This document shows, in pieces, positions 59,191-64,000 of a DNA stretch of 64,000 bases. Where the stretch lies: contig JAUCBJ010003734.1 in NCBI GenBank assembly GCA_032718475.1, positions 62,001 to 126,000 of the forward strand, read 5' to 3'. The stretch comes from Nemertoderma westbladi. Its lineage: Eukaryota > Animalia > Xenacoelomorpha. How positions within the stretch are numbered: position 1 is the stretch's first letter; each line of letters starts with the position of its first letter. The notes under the pieces were generated by a model, which worked only from the letters and a program-made list of their open reading frames with translations, made no database searches and was not told the origin of the DNA. Both the position numbers and the translations under genes were made by a program.

Positions 59191-60218
59191 TAACCGGCCC
59201 TTATGAAGCTTCGATTGGGTAAATTAATAAAACATAAGGTTGTATAGTATAATATTCTAAAAACCAGTGTGATATTAAATGCACTTTAAATAATAAATAG
59301 AGATCAAACAACAAATGGACCACACAATTAAAAACTCGCACAATTTTGTACTTATTATATCGCTTCAAATTAATTCAACAGTGGATATTTGGGGGAAGGG
59401 GGAAGTTACAGTGTGCATTCGGGGGAAGTTTGGTGAACTGCATTTATGCAGTGAATCCAAACTTCCCCCTTTGATATATCATATACTTAAGACATGCTAG
59501 GGTGACGGGGAAATATTTGTTACTGTCACACTTTGCTTCCATTTATCCTATCCTTTATTATTACCCCAGTCAGATAAGAGATAATAAATCAGTAAAAACT
59601 AAACTAAACTGTCTTTCATGCAAACAAATTTCTAACTAAAGACGGGTGAATGACCATGACCATGGAAATAATTTTAAATATAATTGTATATCAACTATTT
59701 GGGGAGGCTTCCAAGTTAAACCCGAAAACAATTATTTTGTTACATAGTAAATAACGTTGTATGTTCTTCTTCCTCTCATAATAAAATATAAATGACATAT
59801 CTCAGATAGCTATGCCCTGTAACATTTCACAACCAAAATATTTAAGTGTGAAAAGTGTAGGCCTACCACACTCCGCCCAAACAACCGCAAACGCATAGCC
59901 AACAAATTTAACAAAAGGTTACATACATGTTGGGTTCATGACGAGATGAGTGAAAATTGATCGCGTAATATAAAGTAAAAAATTAAGAGACGGGCTGGCT
60001 CTCCTCCACTTTCTTACCCAATGGATATGTTGTTGTAATAATCTAATATTGGGGCGGCTTTCTCTCGTTCACTGATTGACCCTTATGAATATTGTGTAAC
60101 TCTTAGTTGTGTTATATAGCTATATAGGAAAGCAGTTTACAGGTGACGGTTTAGTTACAGTAACTTGTTTGATTGTATATTTTGTTCGACATTGATTATT
60201 ATATGTGGCAGTCTACAC

Positions 60219-60236
60219 TGGTGTCAGAAGTGGGAT
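60219..60236 (+). other. Primer-binding site complementary to a tRNA-Leu 3' end
   Basis: TGGTGTCAGAAGTGGGAT, 1 nt after the LTR-terminal CA. Confidence 0.85.
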
Positions 60237-60293
60237 TCATGATCAATATCAATTTACCAGCCGAAGAACAAATTATCAACATTCACAACCAGA

Positions 60294-61310
60294 ATGGAAG
60301 ACAATAAGCCAGACAAACTATTAATACAAACGCATTTTGAAGTTCCACCAAAGTTAGCAAATGAGGACCGCGAATCTATCGAAAATTTCTTTCGCGATTT
60401 CCGCCTGGCTTGCACCGTAAATGGCTGGGTTGATCAAGAGGGAATTCGTCGTTTACCTGCTTATGTTCCTTACAAGATTCGTGTTCTCTTGGATACCAGT
60501 CTTCCCAGTTTCGATGACATCGAAGTAAATCTATATACAAAGCTATGGCCAGGAAATGCAATTAGATTTGTGATGCGACGAGCATTTAAAGCTAAACAAC
60601 AGCCAGGCGAATCTGTTCTCGCTTATTATGCCTCTATTTCAGACATTTGTAAGAACGCATTTGCTGGTATTGCAGTAACCCATAGGAATAATTTAGCAGT
60701 TTCTGTCTTTGTTGCTGGTCTACGTGACGAATTGCGGGAGAAACTTAAATTGAAGGATCCATGAAATTTAGAGAGTGCCTTCTCTCTTGCGCAAAATGAG
60801 GAATTGAAGTCATCATATAAGCAATCTCCATCAATATCGTCTTCGTCTGTGGCAGATAATGAATACCTTAACTATGAAGATGAGGTTGATGCTGTTAGGT
60901 TTTCTGGCGCAAATGCTCAGATACGTGAGTCAATCCTCTGCTACTGTTGTCAAGGTCGTGGCCATATACAACGAGATTGTCCTTCAAAAACCCAACAACT
61001 AAAACAAGGCTATAGACATCAGGCCACTGAGGGAATGCGGCAAAATATGTGACCACCACGGTTTCAACAACCTCGTTATCAATATTTTCGAGCACCCCAT
61101 ATTCAACACTTCCAAAATCCAACAAATTATCGCGCTAGTGTTGCACCAGTTACAGAACAGGCATTTAATAATACGATGGAACAATCAATCAATGGTTTCC
61201 AGTACGCTCAAGATTATAACCAGTATCAACCAGCTACGACTGACGCTAACTACATTTCGGATTCTATGCAACAATCTTCTGCGGTTGATTTAAACTTCCA
61301 ACAACAGTGA
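60294..61310 (+). pseudogene. gag: Gypsy gag with in-frame stops at 60762 and 61050
   Basis: Q.PGESV..Y capsid motif, FVAGL, knuckle CYCCQGRGHIQRDC. The pieces lie in one frame. Confidence 0.85.
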
Positions 61311-64000
61311 TGGTGGGCCACACCACTGTTGCTGTGATAGCCCATGAGAGAACTCAAGGTCGATTCTTTGTTAAAGGAACTATCAATGGGCAGATTTGCG
61401 AGATACTGATGGACTCTGGTGCATCCTCTACAATTCTGCACTCTTCATTAGTTACTGAAAATCAGTTCATCTTAAAAACTGCGAATGGTGTACCCCTTAA
61501 TGTTCGAGGTCGTTGTCAAATTCCAATTCAAATAGGCACTTCTAAGGCCGATGTAAACGTTTTCGTGGCCACAGATTCGGCTCATCCATGCATTCTTGGG
61601 GTCAATGGACTACGTGCTCTAAATGTAACACTAAAATTTTCGGATAGTATTCCTTCTTCTCTTTCAGTAAATGATAAAGTTGTCACATTAAATTTAATCG
61701 AGAAATGTACTATAAATAGAGATGTTCCCAGGGAACATTTAGAAACATTTTACTTTCTAACAAAGGAATATAATGGTTTGTTTGAACCACCACTTGGGCG
61801 TACAAACCTTGTGGAACATCACATAAAAACTAAATCTGAGATACCAATATTTCAGAGGCCATACCATGTTCCTTTGGCTAAAAGAGATCTCCTAGAGTCT
61901 AATATTAAAGATATGCTGGATAAGGATATTATCACTCCTTCTTCCTCACCATATTCATCACCTTTGGTTATTGTTAAGAAGCCTGATGGAAACGACAGAG
62001 TGTGCGTAGATTTCCGTGCACTGAATGCTGTAACAGAGAAAGATGCATTTCCATTACCACGAATTTCTGATTTATTAGATAAACTATACGGAGCGAAATA
62101 TTTTTCATCAATAGATTTGGCATCTGGATTTTGGCAGATACCTCTTGCCTCAGATGATAGACATAAAACTGCGTTTTCGTGTAGTCTTGGCCATTTTGAA
62201 TTTGTTGTCATGGCCTTTGGTCTAAATAATGCCCTACCAACATTCCAAAGATTAATGAGTAATTTATTTGGTGACATGTCATGCGTTGTTTTCTACATGG
62301 ACAACATCTATGTGGTCACAACGGAACTAAAGCAAAATTTAGAGATACTTCGTGAAGTTTTCCGCCGATTAAAAGTTGCAAAATTAAAACTCCAGCCAAA
62401 AAAATGTTCATTTTTACAGAGAAGAGTTGAATTTTTGGGATTCATTGTTGATGAGGACGTCGTACATCCAAGTGAGTCAAAGATAATTGCTGTTAAGAAC
62501 ATGATAGCGCCAACAAATGTTTCTGAAGTGAGAAAATTTCTGGGTTTGGTCAATACCTATAGACAATTTATAAGGAACTTTAACCTTATTGCTGAACCAT
62601 TGTATGAACTTACACGGAAACAAGTCCCATTTGTTTGGAGTGATGAACAGGAATTTTCATTCGAAAGTTTAAAGGAAGCCTTAATTAGTGCCCCAGTTCT
62701 TGTACACCCTAAAGTTGGTGAACCATTCTTTGTCCATTGCGATGCATCTAATCTTGGAGTTGGTGCCGTCATAAGTCAAACAGATAATGCTGGTTTGTTT
62801 CACCCAATAGCATTTGCAAGTAGGAATCTTACTACAAGTGAAAAGAACTATTCCACAATAGAAAAGGAAGCATTGGCAGTTATATTCGCATTGGAACGAT
62901 TCCAGTCTTATACTTATGGCGCTGAAGTACATGTCTTGTCTGATCATGCTCCATTACAATGGCTAATTAATAATAAAACTGCAACTGGTAGACTTGCTCG
63001 TTGGCAACTACGACTTCTAGAGTTTGAAGGATTAAAATCTATCAAACACGAAAAGGGGTCTTCTAATCAAGTGGCAGATGCGCTTTCTAGGTTGCCTAGT
63101 AATTGTTCATATATGGATGTGTTTGTGCTTGATGAGAGTGAAAATGGGGGATTAAAACAACTTTCGAAAGAGGAACTCATTCAGCTTCAAGAAGCTGACA
63201 GCGAATTTGACAGAATTAATTATTGATTCACTAAAACGGTTGAAGGGATATACACTTATAAATCCAGGTTATTTGTGCCCAAAGGACTTCGTTCTAAAGT
63301 TGTCAAATCTGTTCATGGTTACAATAGTGCTCACCTGGGTTATGAGAAAACGTTATCATTATTACAACGGGAATGCTATTGGCCAAATATGGATAAGGAG
63401 TTAAAGACTTACTTAAAAAATTGTGATGTCAGTCTTCGCGCAAGGTTTTACCACCAGCACCGATGCCACTGCAATCCCTACCTGAGGTTACAAGACCTTA
63501 TGAGCGGGTTGCTATGGATTTCTGTGGCCCCTTCCCAAAGTCTTCTACTGGAAACACTCATTTGCTTGTTGTCGTAGATCATTTCTCTCGGTTTCTAGAT
63601 GTGTTCGCAGTAGGAAACACAACTTCAACAACTGTCATTGGATGTTTAATGAAATTGATTAGAAAATGTCAAAAGCCCCTAGAAATAAAAACCATATTGA
63701 CAGATCAAGGACGATGCTTTATTTCAAATGAGTTTAAAAACTTTTGTCGTCAACAGAAAATCAACAATACAGTAACCAGTCCATACCACCCTCAGTGTGA
63801 TGGTATGGCAGAGAGGTTGGTCAGAACCATAAAGGACCACATTAGAGCGCAATTAGTAGAAACTAAAGATGGTACTCAAACTTCATGGGACTGTCATATT
63901 GATTCATTTGTTTCTACTTACAATCACTCTGTACATAAAAGTCTAGGTTTATCTCCAATGGATGTGGTAAATCAAGTTCACTCACCTATACCAGCTCTAT
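61307..64000 (+). pseudogene. pol: Gypsy pol (PR, RT, RNase H, frameshifted integrase)
   Basis: LMDSGAS; RVCVDFRALN, IDLASGFWQI, YMDN (a catalytic D is lost); CDAS, EKEALA, DHAPL, ADALSR; DFCGP, TDQG, GMAER. Confidence 0.92.

Larger units (their letters stand above)
59856..64000 (+). mobile_element. Ty3/Gypsy LTR retrotransposon, decayed, running off the window end
   Basis: Candidate 5' LTR 59856-60217 (TGTAG...CTACA), PBS, gag with CCHC knuckle, PR-RT-RH-IN. Confidence 0.93.

Overview
Repeat-dense animal genomic DNA with no prokaryotic features. It is dominated by LTR retrotransposons and satellites, many of which lie in the introns of a minus-strand host gene with a thrombospondin type-1 exon and two discoidin/F5-8 type C-like exons (one intron is ~20.7 kb). 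The centrepiece is an apparently intact, recently inserted 18.8-kb BEL/Pao retrotransposon (element B, 4214-22994, minus strand, TSD TACAT) that landed in the opposite orientation inside the 3' UTR of an older relative (element A). This family has three unusual features. (i) It carries a second large ORF (~1231 aa) after gag-pol that is not env-like, has three CCHC zinc knuckles and is conserved at the protein level between the two copies. (ii) An 18-bp palindrome, CCAAACCCGCGGGTTTGG, occurs six times in the element, in UTRs and in all three codon phases of its ORFs. (iii) It has no tRNA primer-binding site; the 12 nt after the 5' LTR are instead complementary to a segment inside the LTR, as in Tf1-type self-priming. 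A second BEL/Pao family in the window (elements C/D) shows the same arrangement. The window also holds a reconstructable duplication and inversion, a BEL integrase remnant, a decayed Gypsy element, LINE fragments, two Nin/Deu-domain SINEs, MITE-like hairpins and three tandem-repeat families. All calls come from manual reading; no database searches were run.
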